The notes below the pieces were generated by a model. The model saw only the letters and a list, made by a program, of their open reading frames with translations. It ran no database searches and was not told the DNA's origin. Positions 38,149 to 48,897 of a stretch of DNA of 64,000 nt are shown piece by piece. Source of the stretch: Octopus sinensis (lineage: Eukaryota); assembly GCF_006345805.1 (NCBI RefSeq), contig NC_043006.1:64232001-64296000 (forward strand), in the 5' to 3' direction. The number at the start of each line of letters is the position of its first letter. The stretch's first letter is position 1. The position numbers and the translations under genes were made by a program.

Positions 38149-38216
38149 GGCCTTGTGCCGCCAGTAGAAAGGATATATATATATATATATATCCTTTCTA
38201 CTGGAAGCACAAGGCC
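38149..38216. repeat. 68-bp near-perfect palindrome centred on (TA)n
   Basis: ggccttgtgc(cg)ccagtagaaagga(TA)n tcctttctactgg(aa)gcacaaggcc; only two mismatched pairs. Confidence 0.9.
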
Positions 38217-39049
38217 TCGGATTTGTGGGAAGGGGACTAGTCGATTACATCAACCCCAGTGTTTCACTGGTACTTATTTATTGACCCCAAAAGGACGAAA
38301 GGCAAAATCAACTTCAGTGGAATTTCAACTCAGAACGTAGCAATGGACAAAATTCCACTAAACATTTCATCCAGCATGCTAATGATTCTATTAACTCACC
38401 ACCTTTATATAGACCCCTCCTCTTTCTATAGGCTACCTTTGACATTATATCCTCTAACGTTTTTTTGAAACAAACTTAAAAGCATTCTGTTAATCACTAT
38501 ACATTTCCATCATTTTCTGTTAAAATGTCTTATTGACGAGTTTCATTTCTTCATTTCCCTAAAGAGAAGATTACATTGTTTTACACCATTTTATTCCTTT
38601 GGAATAATACCAGTGATATCTTCAAAACATGTGTTGGAAGTAAAAGAATTTTAATAATACCTGCATTTAACTCCATTTATTTATTTATATATATATATAT
38701 ATTATACACAATATTTCACATAAACTCGAAGTTTCTACCTTTAAAAACAAGGAGTTACAACCTTTTTACTAGTGTGATTTTTTTTTTTTTTTGCTACCCG
38801 GGTTACTATTTATCTATTTTTTCTGCATTAATTGTTAACAAAAGAAAAATACGTGCGCACACACACACACACATATATATATACATACATGCATTTATAC
38901 ACGCGGAAAACGGACGTTAAACGATGATGATGATGATGATATATATATATACACACATACATACACGTATATATATGTGTGTGTACATATATATGCCTAT
39001 ATATATTCATATATACTCATACATATACATAACACTTGTATTTAAATCT

Positions 39050-39070
39050 ATATTTTTCTTTCTCACCAGG
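39050..39070 (+). promoter_or_regulatory. Splice acceptor of the ZNF106 5'-UTR intron
   Basis: tatttttctttctcaccAG|G: a strong pyrimidine tract 33 nt before the ATG. The in-frame TGA at 39076-39078 excludes upstream coding exons. Confidence 0.75.
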
Positions 39071-39102
39071 AAATCTGATGTGAACCCATTGTAAGAAGAA
39101 AC

Positions 39103-42100
39103 ATGAGTGACTCAACAAAGGTCTCCTCGTTCCGTTGTGTGATTTGCAAGCTGTCCTATGCAAGTCAGCTGGAGCTGCGGGAGCATCTTTGGTCTTTGAT
39201 GCATCATGTCAGATTGGAGCAGAAACAAAAACCCCCAGAACATCTGTGTTGTCTGTGCCAGGCTTCCTCAAATAATTTAGTTCAATATGGCCAGCATTTG
39301 AATGAACTCAGACACAAAAAAGCACTGACAAAATTACGAGAGAAAAAAATATCTGAGAGTACAAAACCTTCCTCTATGTTGCCTTTGAAGACAACTGTTC
39401 CACCTTTTCTTATGCCAAATGAGAGTTGGCATTTAAATTACCCCTTTTCCCACTTAAAACCTTACATCTCTCCTTTAAACAGTCGTAAACATTTGCCACA
39501 GCCATATCAAAGGTATCCGCCAGGGATAGGCCATGGTGACCAATATGTAAGAGAGAATCCCATGAGACCTGGTGTCCATTTTAGTGAGGAGAGAATAAAT
39601 TTGAATTGTAATGAGAGCAATTCTGTGGTTGGTGGTGGTGGTGGTGGTGCTAACACGAATGTGGCTGTGGTAGACCAGGAATTTTTTAAAGTTCATCCAG
39701 TCAAACAAAATGAGGATTTTGTTGGCAAAAAAAATGCCATGATGAAGAAAAAGAAAATTAAGAAAGATAAAGTAGATATCCCAAGCAGTTCATCCACGAA
39801 TGACCAAAGCTTGTCAGCCAATCGGCTTCCTGAGAGTAGCTCCCACTCTAAAAAGGAATTGGTGAAAGATAGCAAACAGAGTTTATCCAGAAGTGTATTA
39901 GCCCCAAGATCTAAGAAAAAAATGATTGTTACAACCCCTTCTGGCTTTAGACAAGGACTGTTTTTAGAGGAGGATTTTCAGAAAAATAACTTAGACATTG
40001 TCCGGTTGAATTTGATTAATGCCACAAATGACAAAGGAGATAAAGTATTTACAAATAAACTGACAGCAGGGTTCATGAAAGATAATAATAATAGTTCTCA
40101 ACATTCCTCTTTATCACGTGTCCAAACTAGAGTCTTCAGATCATCTAAGTTCACAACTAAAAACAGACCTTTAAAAACATCAAACACCCAAAAAAAACAT
40201 TTAAGACCTCTACAATTATCACCCTTGAAAGTTCCCTCCAGAGCACAACCTGAATCTGTTTTAAAAGCCATTCCTTCAAAGGTCATCAAGTCATTTGAAG
40301 CTGTTAAAGACAACCTGGGTGATAAGTCAAAAGCGCTTAATCAAAACAGCTTTTGTGTTTCTCAGATGGAAACAGAATCAAATGATAAAACTATCAAAGT
40401 GCAGAGTGAAAACTTATTACTTTCACCCTCTGTACCCAATGATGCTATGGAAACGTCCAAAGATAGTCACAATTCACCCTCTGTACCTAGTAATACTATG
40501 GAAACGTCCAAAGATAGTCACAATTCATCCTCTGTACCTAGTGAAGCTATGGAAACAACCAATAACATTAACAATTCATCCAGTATAGTTAGTGAGGCTG
40601 TGCAAACATCCCAGAATAGTAAATATTCACCTAATATACTCAGTAATACTGTGGAAACTTCTGAAAATAGTAATAATTCACCCAATATACCTTGTGTTAC
40701 TGTGGTAGCTACCAAAAATAGTAAAAACTTAGAAATTTGTAATTCTTTGTCTCAAAGTTCTGAAAACAGTGGACTGATAATCAAGTCACCTGACTCTAAG
40801 GAGTCTGACTCCAAGACAACAAAATCAATTGAAATGAAACCAAATTCTTCTTCAAGTAGCATAGACCTTACAACTTGTAAACCAACTGGTTCTTTGAGTG
40901 AAACTGCAGTTAGTGGTGTGGCAAGGAAAAGGACTCTTTCTTCGGAATATTTTGCAGTTTCGGGGAAACCTAATCTCTTGAAAAAACTAAAATGTTCTAC
41001 AAGTAAGGAAATGAGCATTTCTGAGAAAAATCAAAACTTGAATCCAGATGCTACAAAAAATTCAGGGAAAAAGGTTGAAACTGCAAGTAATTTCTCAACT
41101 GTTTCCAGTTTACAAGAACGTTCAAATCATTCAGAAGAAATGACTCCAGCAAAGCCCGATTCAGCAACTGTGGAGAAACAACAGCTTAGTAAAAATGTCG
41201 GCAAGGAAGAACTGGTAAAAATGACCAAACTTTCTTGCTTAAACCACAAGGAAAAGATGCATTTAAGTTCTGTAATGAAGTCCTACACAAAGACTCAAAA
41301 CAAGAGATCAGCAGTACCAAGGTTGACCATGCAGCTGTCTAGTGTCTATAACAGTGCCAACCAAGAGGAAAACAATGAAAAGTTGAACTTACCTGAGGGC
41401 TTAGAGGAACAAATAACAATGTTGATTAAGAAAGAGAACATGGATGAATTAGGAAATACAGAGACATTTTCCAATTCAGACCAGTTAATGACAAAAACTA
41501 GTCAAGCAAATATACAGATGGGTCTCGTACCAACCACAGTATCAGATCCTTTACAACCTTTATTCACTCTTGATCAATCAAACTTTAGTTCTGCAAGTAA
41601 AAAGTCCTCACTTTCAGCAGGAAACAAAAAAAGCCCCAAGAGTTCTGCGGTAAAGTCTAAAACTACTAAGAAATCTTTGTCCAAAAATGCACAGCAAACA
41701 CCTCCATCAAGTTGTGCTACCATCTGTACCCCTACGACAACAACCAATACTGCTATTTCAACAATAACTACCACTACATCTACTACTGCTGCAAGTAACT
41801 CATCCAAAATAGTCAACCAGAATGTTGCAGTGGAGAACACAGTGGAACCAAACAGCCAGACACCTGATGTTTTCAACCAGGTCTATTTGTTAACTCTGCA
41901 AGAGGAAGAGGTATGCGGTAACATCAGTAATTTAAATCAAAGAATCTCTTACTTGGAGAAATTAATTGAAGATTCAAAGATTGCTCAGCAAGCCTGTAAA
42001 GATGAACTTCTGGGCCTCATGAAAGAAGAGCAAAACATTCGAAAAATGCGCATAGGCATTCTCAAAGAAGCTATGGGAGACACTAATCGCAGTAACAGTG

Positions 42101-45100
42101 AATTAATTAATCACTTGTTGAGATCTCACTTGGCTTCTGAGGGAACATACCAAAACAGCTCAGTACCACCAGAATCATCTAATGAACAGCTATTTGGTAT
42201 GCAACAAGATGGGACAACGGCACAAGAAACATTTAGACCTGCTGCTGTGTTAGAAAATACTGGCATGCTAACCACAGCACAACAAAAACAACCCATGCTG
42301 GCTGCTCTGTTAGCAAAAGGAAACCAAACTGAGTCAGTGTTCAACAAACCCCAAATGAATTGTCCAGGTTCTTTCACACAACAGAAACCTCACCAGTCAA
42401 GCTCTGTTTCACAAAAGAAAATTATGGCAAATCTTTTGTTAACAAAAGATGTCACCAAAGGTCTGAAAGTGCCCGAAGCATTAAAAGACTGTGTGTTTAA
42501 AAATCAAAAGCCCTTTTCAGATACGCTAAAGCAACAGGAAAGTTCACATGGCATATTTTCTCAAGTAGGGATCAATACCTTGCAACCACCAGATATTCCA
42601 AATAACATTTCTTCTGGGAAAAAAGGACCAAAGGGTAGTATTTTCCAATTCAACCAGGAGGATCCTTTAATGTCAACAAAAGAAATGAATATCTTAAAAT
42701 CTTCAAAATCTCTACACTTTTCTTTCCCTTCACAACAACACAGTAATTTCAAAGCTCCGTCTTGTGTGTCATCATCATCGAAAATTTCTGATAGTATTTT
42801 TACCAACTCTAACAATAATAATACATCAGGTTCTGTTAACGTGCAAGCAAACATAACGGACTTATCTAAAAAAGTGTCAGAAATCAGCCATAGTTTAAGT
42901 TGTGTGAAGAAGGAAGTTGATGGAAATTGTGAATCCGAGGTAAATAAGGGTTCTGTTGAGCCAACAACACTTCCAGTGACCTCCACATTTAACAATGTTC
43001 AAATCAAAACGGAGCCAATCTCTCCAGAACCCATTGAAACTAATCCACCAGTTTCTGATTCAGGCTTTAACTTTGTAAGCATTAAAGAAGAACCAAAATC
43101 ACCGACAGACTTTGGTGGATTTGGTTTGGGTGAACTTAACCAAGATTCCTCATCAGCTTTTTCCCACATTGATAACCAACAGAAAGTGAACTGCTTCGAA
43201 AAGGGTCAAAGCAGTGTTGAAGAAGTTAGTTCTAACACTGATAATCCAGTCCCTTCTGAAAATAGGTTAGTTAATGCCAGCAAGTCAGAGAGTTCAAGTA
43301 ATTTGCCAGTAACTTCACCAGTTCTTGAAGTGGCCACCACTACTTGTGTTCAGCAGAGTGCTACATCATCGCAGTCTACCACAACCTCAAACCATTCAGC
43401 GAAACCAAATTCAATTCCTTCCAACCACAATGACAAAGAGAAATCAGATGAAGAATTAGAATTCTTTTCATCACTTTCTATGAAAAACTTATTAGACTCG
43501 TCTAGTATTGAGAATGTGGATCCTGAAAAATGTTCAGGTAATGTGTCGATGAAATATTTAGGGAGCATGTCTAATAATTTGGTAGAACAGTTGAAAGAAT
43601 GTTGGAAGAAGCAGAATGTTACCATGAATAAATGTTTCCCACAGGGACAAACTGATGACATGGTGCCAGTTGCAAATGTCTCCAATTTACCTCCATTTAC
43701 TTCAACGTGTGAAACTTCTACGAAAACTGAGAACCACTTATCTCCATCACATATTGCTAAACCTTCTCCACCTTCTCCTTACATTATAAATGTTGATGAA
43801 TCCAACAATTTTGTTCTGCCTGCCAGTTTAAATCCTGTAGTTTCTATCAAGCCACTCTCTTTATCCTCAAAGAATAATTCTTCAGGATCTAGATATATAG
43901 AAAGTGTAGATGTAAACACTGCAAAGAACAACTCAAAACTCTCAGAAACTATTCCCAGCAATGAACAATCATCAGATGAGTTACCAATAGATGATTCTTC
44001 AATTAGTCTGATTGTAATTGACGGTGATAGCAGTTCGGAAGATAATGGCACTGATAACACTGTAAATAAATTGCCATCTTCTACAGACCCTCGACAAGTC
44101 TTAAATACTATACCCAAAGGTTCCAGCACAGATACTTTACAAAATCAATTTTCAACTGAAAGCCAAGAAGCGGTTTCTGATTGCGTGTCTACCTTTAATA
44201 CTGTTTTCAAAGGTCCCAATTGTCCTGTCACAAGTTGTGCCATATTTGGGAATTACCTCTATGTTTCATATCAGGGACACTCACCTCAGAAGTTTGATCT
44301 TAAAACTGCAATTTGTATAAAAGAATACGACTGTCAGCCATTTTCAGTCCAATGTATGTTAGTGACTGGATTTTCTATTGGAAACCCACAGGTGTTCTCT
44401 GGTGGTGCGAGTGAAATGCTTCTTGTATTTAATGAAATTACTGGACTGTTGCTGACAAAAATTGATCTCATGAGAAAAATTTACACTTTTCATGAGAAAT
44501 GGAATTATCTTTTTGTTGGCCTTGCTGATGGTGGTGTGTCTAAGATAAACGTGAAGACTTTGAAGGAAATCAGTAATATATCATACGGAACTAAACCAAT
44601 TCATTGTCTTGCCACTTGTACCGAAGGGGCTCTCAAAATTCTTTGCGTCGGTGCTTATGATGCTTCAATTCTTATCGTCGCTGCATCATCAGGCCTTCTT
44701 TTGAAAACCTTGCAGCCCTGTCAAAGACTACTTTATTCAATCAAAGTGTCTCAAAACCTGATATACAGCTGTTCAGAAGATAGGAAACTAGCTGTCTATG
44801 ACATTGAATCAGGAAGCCTTTTAAAATGCATTCAGGGTCATTCTGGCACAGTGTCATGTCTTTATGTTGACAATAAAATACTTGTGACAGGTAGTCATGA
44901 TAAACTAATCAATGTGTATTGGGGATCAGTGACAGACTTAGACAAAACAGAGCCACTCTCCTTTTATGGTGCAGGCAAACAAAGCATCTCCTGTTTGACT
45001 GTGTCTGATAGGAGAATCTACAGTGGAAACTTTTATGGCCTTGTTGAGGCTTTTCATTTACACGAGGGTTCCTCATCAAAAAGTTGGGTTTGTAGATATA

Positions 45101-45279
45101 ACAAATGCACGTTAATATTTGGTTTCTATGAAGACTTGAGATTTCATTTGCACAGTGAACACTTGAAAGGACAAATTGCTAAGTGGAATAATTGGCAATG
45201 TCATTGGATATTTTGTTCAGAAACATTTAATTCTTTATCTTTATTGATGAAACACTGTGACAGACATCTTAAACAATAA
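39103..45279 (+). CDS. ZNF106: Zinc finger protein 106 orthologue (two N-terminal C2H2-type fingers, long S/T/N/Q-rich region, coiled coil, C-terminal WD40 repeats, two C-terminal C2H2 fingers)
   Basis: 2058-aa open frame. N-terminal CVICKLSY..LREHLWSLMHH and CCLC..YGQHLNELRH fingers; coiled coil QEEEV..QNIRKMRIGIL; WD40 repeats (IQGHSGTVSCLYVDNKILVTGSHDKLINVY); C-terminal CRYNKC..HLHSEH and CHWIFC..HCDRH. This domain order is characteristic of ZNF106. Confidence 0.9.
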   Translation: MSDSTKVSSFRCVICKLSYASQLELREHLWSLMHHVRLEQKQKPPEHLCCLCQASSNNLVQYGQHLNELRHKKALTKLREKKISESTKPSSMLPLKTTVPPFLMPNESWHLNYPFSHLKPYISPLNSRKHLPQPYQRYPPGIGHGDQYVRENPMRPGVHFSEERINLNCNESNSVVGGGGGGANTNVAVVDQEFFKVHPVKQNEDFVGKKNAMMKKKKIKKDKVDIPSSSSTNDQSLSANRLPESSSHSKKELVKDSKQSLSRSVLAPRSKKKMIVTTPSGFRQGLFLEEDFQKNNLDIVRLNLINATNDKGDKVFTNKLTAGFMKDNNNSSQHSSLSRVQTRVFRSSKFTTKNRPLKTSNTQKKHLRPLQLSPLKVPSRAQPESVLKAIPSKVIKSFEAVKDNLGDKSKALNQNSFCVSQMETESNDKTIKVQSENLLLSPSVPNDAMETSKDSHNSPSVPSNTMETSKDSHNSSSVPSEAMETTNNINNSSSIVSEAVQTSQNSKYSPNILSNTVETSENSNNSPNIPCVTVVATKNSKNLEICNSLSQSSENSGLIIKSPDSKESDSKTTKSIEMKPNSSSSSIDLTTCKPTGSLSETAVSGVARKRTLSSEYFAVSGKPNLLKKLKCSTSKEMSISEKNQNLNPDATKNSGKKVETASNFSTVSSLQERSNHSEEMTPAKPDSATVEKQQLSKNVGKEELVKMTKLSCLNHKEKMHLSSVMKSYTKTQNKRSAVPRLTMQLSSVYNSANQEENNEKLNLPEGLEEQITMLIKKENMDELGNTETFSNSDQLMTKTSQANIQMGLVPTTVSDPLQPLFTLDQSNFSSASKKSSLSAGNKKSPKSSAVKSKTTKKSLSKNAQQTPPSSCATICTPTTTTNTAISTITTTTSTTAASNSSKIVNQNVAVENTVEPNSQTPDVFNQVYLLTLQEEEVCGNISNLNQRISYLEKLIEDSKIAQQACKDELLGLMKEEQNIRKMRIGILKEAMGDTNRSNSELINHLLRSHLASEGTYQNSSVPPESSNEQLFGMQQDGTTAQETFRPAAVLENTGMLTTAQQKQPMLAALLAKGNQTESVFNKPQMNCPGSFTQQKPHQSSSVSQKKIMANLLLTKDVTKGLKVPEALKDCVFKNQKPFSDTLKQQESSHGIFSQVGINTLQPPDIPNNISSGKKGPKGSIFQFNQEDPLMSTKEMNILKSSKSLHFSFPSQQHSNFKAPSCVSSSSKISDSIFTNSNNNNTSGSVNVQANITDLSKKVSEISHSLSCVKKEVDGNCESEVNKGSVEPTTLPVTSTFNNVQIKTEPISPEPIETNPPVSDSGFNFVSIKEEPKSPTDFGGFGLGELNQDSSSAFSHIDNQQKVNCFEKGQSSVEEVSSNTDNPVPSENRLVNASKSESSSNLPVTSPVLEVATTTCVQQSATSSQSTTTSNHSAKPNSIPSNHNDKEKSDEELEFFSSLSMKNLLDSSSIENVDPEKCSGNVSMKYLGSMSNNLVEQLKECWKKQNVTMNKCFPQGQTDDMVPVANVSNLPPFTSTCETSTKTENHLSPSHIAKPSPPSPYIINVDESNNFVLPASLNPVVSIKPLSLSSKNNSSGSRYIESVDVNTAKNNSKLSETIPSNEQSSDELPIDDSSISLIVIDGDSSSEDNGTDNTVNKLPSSTDPRQVLNTIPKGSSTDTLQNQFSTESQEAVSDCVSTFNTVFKGPNCPVTSCAIFGNYLYVSYQGHSPQKFDLKTAICIKEYDCQPFSVQCMLVTGFSIGNPQVFSGGASEMLLVFNEITGLLLTKIDLMRKIYTFHEKWNYLFVGLADGGVSKINVKTLKEISNISYGTKPIHCLATCTEGALKILCVGAYDASILIVAASSGLLLKTLQPCQRLLYSIKVSQNLIYSCSEDRKLAVYDIESGSLLKCIQGHSGTVSCLYVDNKILVTGSHDKLINVYWGSVTDLDKTEPLSFYGAGKQSISCLTVSDRRIYSGNFYGLVEAFHLHEGSSSKSWVCRYNKCTLIFGFYEDLRFHLHSEHLKGQIAKWNNWQCHWIFCSETFNSLSLLMKHCDRHLKQ
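40423..40728 (+). repeat. In-frame 51-bp (17-aa) coding tandem repeat, six copies
   Basis: SPSVPNDAMETSKDSHN / SPSVPSNTMETSKDSHN / SSSVPSEAMETTNNINN / SSSIVSEAVQTSQNSKY / SPNILSNTVETSENSNN / SPNIPCVTVVATKNSKN, starting at 40423 plus multiples of 51. Confidence 0.9.
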
Positions 45280-45584
45280 ATTGTATCCATTTCTATTTTA
45301 ACATCCATTATTTTTTTATACATACATACATTTTACACACACACACAAACATGTAGTGGTGAAACAACGAGGCTAACGTAATGCACCACATGCTCCTAGT
45401 GTACCATGTGTCACCCTGTTTTGTTCTGATCTAAGATCCTTTGTTAATTGTCATATGGAGAAAGCCAACCAGAAAGTTCACAGTTGAGGGAGTTTAGCAA
45501 TTGCAAAGGACTAGGCTGTGAATTTAGTCATAGCAGAAGTGGATGTAAGGGTTCAGTCATAACTAAAGTTAAGAAGCTATAACT

Positions 45585-45920
45585 CAGGCATGGATGTGTT
45601 GTTAAGAGGCCCACTTTGCAACCGCATGGTTTCAGGTTCAATCCAACTGAGCAGGTGTCTTCTATTATGGCTCCAACCAATGACTTGTGAATGAATTTTG
45701 TACAGGGAAACTGTAGAAACTCATCACATATATGTATGTGTGTTTGTCTCTCCCCCTACTGTTGGTTTGTTTACATTCCCATAACTTAGCAGTTCAACAA
45801 AGGTGACCAATAGAATAAGTACCAGTCTTAAATAAATACTGGGGTCAGTTTGTTTGACTAAACCCCTCAAAGTGGTGCCCCAGGGTGGCCACAGTTCATT
45901 GACAGAAACAACAGCTAAAA
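45585..45920 (+). mobile_element. Decayed family A SINE
   Basis: caggcatggatgtgttgttaag..ggttcaatcc..gaccaatagaataagtac..gacagaaacaac; CpGs largely lost. Confidence 0.7.
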
Positions 45921-46014
45921 GAAATCCATGGCTATTATGCAGTGCAACATTTTGTTTCCCTCTGATGGTAGAACAGAACCACAGAGAGGCTTCCATGAAG
46001 AATTTTAGTTGTTT

Positions 46015-46300
46015 TTATTATTCATCATCAAGGTCCCTTAACTGATGCTGCCAGTCGTTGGGGGTTTCCACTCTGGATGCTTTCATGGTCAGCTGTTGCC
46101 ACTGATCTCTCTTCTCTGTCATGCGTAGCATGTTCACTGTGCCATGACCTGTCCAGTACTTGATGTTGTGAAACCAGGATCTTCTCTGTCTGCCTGTCTT
46201 TTGCCTTCCCTCACCTGGGTCACAAAGAATGGTTTTGGACATGGAGGTGTGGCAGGATACATGACCATACCAGGCAAGCTTTCATCTTTTTACTTATACT
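46015..46300 (-). mobile_element. RTE LINE 3' end
   Basis: ORF 46018-46242 SKTILCDPGEGRQKTGRQRRSWFHNIKYWTG..RDQWQQL..LRD, ending in a gatgatgaataat tail. Confidence 0.8.
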
Positions 46301-47852
46301 GTTTTCATTATTGCTATCCCCCAAAACCTTCCTAATTCCACATGCATACACTAATTGGTGAATTTAACCTGGAAATTGTAAAAAGAAATGGATTTGTTTA
46401 TCCCCAGATCAATGTTCTTTGAGTAGGCTTATGATCAAAGTTGTTCCATCCACGACCATCTCCTTTATTCAGACAGTGAGTCAAGAACTACATTATCCAA
46501 TGTGAGTTCTCTGTTCTTATATTGACAGTGTGTACTTTAAAGGTAATTTAGTTGCTATTTCTAGCAAGGAGAGAGATCACATAAAAGTTCGCTTTCGTTA
46601 TTGTTGTTTAGTCCTAATTGAGCAGGCATATGACCAAAGAAATTCCAGCCATGACCATCTCAACAATTTCTATTTGTAAGTACAGTGTATGTAGCTATCT
46701 TCTTCTGTGATCCAATATTTTCTTTCTGTTTTAATCCCCTCAGATCTGGACCTTCCTGTCTAACTTTACTCTCCACCTGGGCAATAAAATAAATGGTTAC
46801 ATTAACACCTCAAGAGTAACAATTGCAGGTAAACTAAAGAACAGAATTGGCTGCATCTTCTTTTTTTCTGTTATTCGTTACAGCTTTACGAGGTATCCAG
46901 CAGAGATGACATTTAATCTATTTCTGTTATAGCAAGGAACATAGTGTGATAGGGTTAAGATAAAGTGAGGATTTGATGTCTTGAATGTTTGTAGCAGGTT
47001 GCATAACAACAGACAGGTTTAATGTTGGTTCATCAGGAATCAAGGCAAATGAAGAGATTTTCTCCCTCCCTTCTACCTACACGCACTCAATATAGGTTTC
47101 AAATTTTGGGACAAGACCAGCAATTTCAAGGAAGGGTGAAGTCAATTACATCAAACCCAGTGCTCAATTGGTCCTTATTTTAGCAACCCTAAAATGATGA
47201 AAGGAAAAATCATCTTCAATAGAATTTGCACTCAACGTAAAGATGGATGAAATTACACGAAGCACTTTGCCCAATTTCTTTAACAATTCTGTCACCTTGC
47301 TGCCTTACACAGACACACCCAGTATTACCTTCAGATTAACTATCATCATCATCATCTTTGTTTAATGTCCACTTTCCATGCTAGCATGGGTTGGACAATT
47401 TGACTGAGGACTGGCGAACCAGATGGCTGCACCAGGCTCCAATCTGGTTTGCCAGTCCTCTGTCAAATCGTGCAACCCATGCTAGCATGGAAAGCAGACA
47501 TTAAACGATGATGATGATGAACCAGAAAATCCTATAATCCACCCTCTTCATATATATTGTTAATAGACACTATAAGGATTAATGTTGATATTTTTGTGTG
47601 TATTTAAAACGGAAAAGCTGGTGAACAGGAAGAATTGTAAGAGCATCAGACAAAATGTTTTGGGGTATTTCTTCCAATGTTTTACATACAGGATCAAATC
47701 CTGTTGAGGATAACTTCACCTTTCATTATTTCTGGGTCAATAAAGTAAAGTACCAATTAAGTACAGAGTCCGATGAAATTGACTCCCCCACCTCTAATAA
47801 AGATTGCTGGCCTTGTACCACAATCAGAATTATCATAATAAAAGATGGCCAT

Positions 47853-48135
47853 GGTGGAGGCAAATGGCTAGTGGTTAGAGCTGTGAACTCAAGGTCGAGG
47901 GATCGCAGGTTCAAATCTCAGACTGGGTGATGTTTGTGTTTATGAGCAAAACACCTAAGCTCCACACAGCTCTGGCAGAAAGTAATGGCGAACTTCTGCT
48001 GACTCTTATGCCACAACTTTCTCTCACACTTTCCTCCTGCATCTAGCTGCTCAGCTACAACAGACCAGCATCTTATCCAGGTCAGGAACGTATATGCTAA
48101 TGAGACCAGGAAACCAACCCTTATGGGCCAAGGCA
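47853..48135 (+). mobile_element. tRNA-derived SINE (family E)
   Basis: A box tggctagtgg, B box ggttcaaatc, then atgagcaaaacacctaagctcc. Confidence 0.7.
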
Positions 48136-48655
48136 GCAAGCTGGCAGAATATGAGCCCACTTGATGCAACACTTGGGGGCTTTTCGCCTGTCTTTACATT
48201 CTGAGTTCAAATCATGCCAGGGTCAACTTTGCCTTTCATCTTTTCGGGTGACAATAAAATAAGTACTAGTTGAGCACTGGGGTTGATTTAATCAACTTCC
48301 CCCACCCCCTACTCTTTGAAATTGCTGGCCTTGTATCAAAATTTGAAACCATTATTAAAGTTGACTAGCTGGCAGTATCATTAGCACACTGACAAGATAC
48401 TTTGTGGCTTCTCATCCTTTTGGGGTTGATTAGACAAGTACCAGTTGAATACTAGGGGTTGATGTAATTGATTTACACTCTCTCCTGAAATTGCTGACCT
48501 TGTGCCAAAATCTGAAACCATTGAGCTGGCAGAATTGTTAAAGCATCTGACGGTCTTGCAGCACTTCTAACATCTTTTATATTCTGGGCTCAAATCCTGC
48601 TGATGCCAACTTTGCTTTCACCCTTTTGGGATCAATAAAATAAAGTACCAGTAAA
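48136..48655 (+). mobile_element. Three tandem decayed family C SINEs
   Basis: Repeated gctggcag.at..ttag.., gagttcaaat..tttgcctttcatc.ttt..gg..aataaa.taagtac and gaaattgctg.ccttgt.cc motifs. Confidence 0.7.
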
Positions 48656-48669
48656 GCCCTCAGCTGGCT

Positions 48670-48897
48670 CAGTGCTTCTTAACCAGGGCCCATGGAAGAT
48701 TTTGTTTTTAAAATCTTTGTGCAATAAATCACACTTCTACAATACACAAATTATTTTAGTAATTTTTTTTATACAATCCCTAATATTTGATTCTAAAAAT
48801 ATAATAGGAGTTTTTTAAGCATCAAATGGCTCTGAGGGTCCATCAAAATAAAATAAGAAATAAAGGAGTCCAAAAACAAAATAACTGAGAACCTCTG
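48670..48897. mobile_element. hAT (Charlie-like) MITE
   Basis: TIRs cagtgcttcttaacc and actgagaacctctg; 8-bp flanks agctggct and agctagat (6/8 match). Confidence 0.7.

Noticed and set aside
39475-44129. Multiple antisense ORFs of 60-144 aa
   Set aside because: They are shadows of the ZNF106 coding strand.
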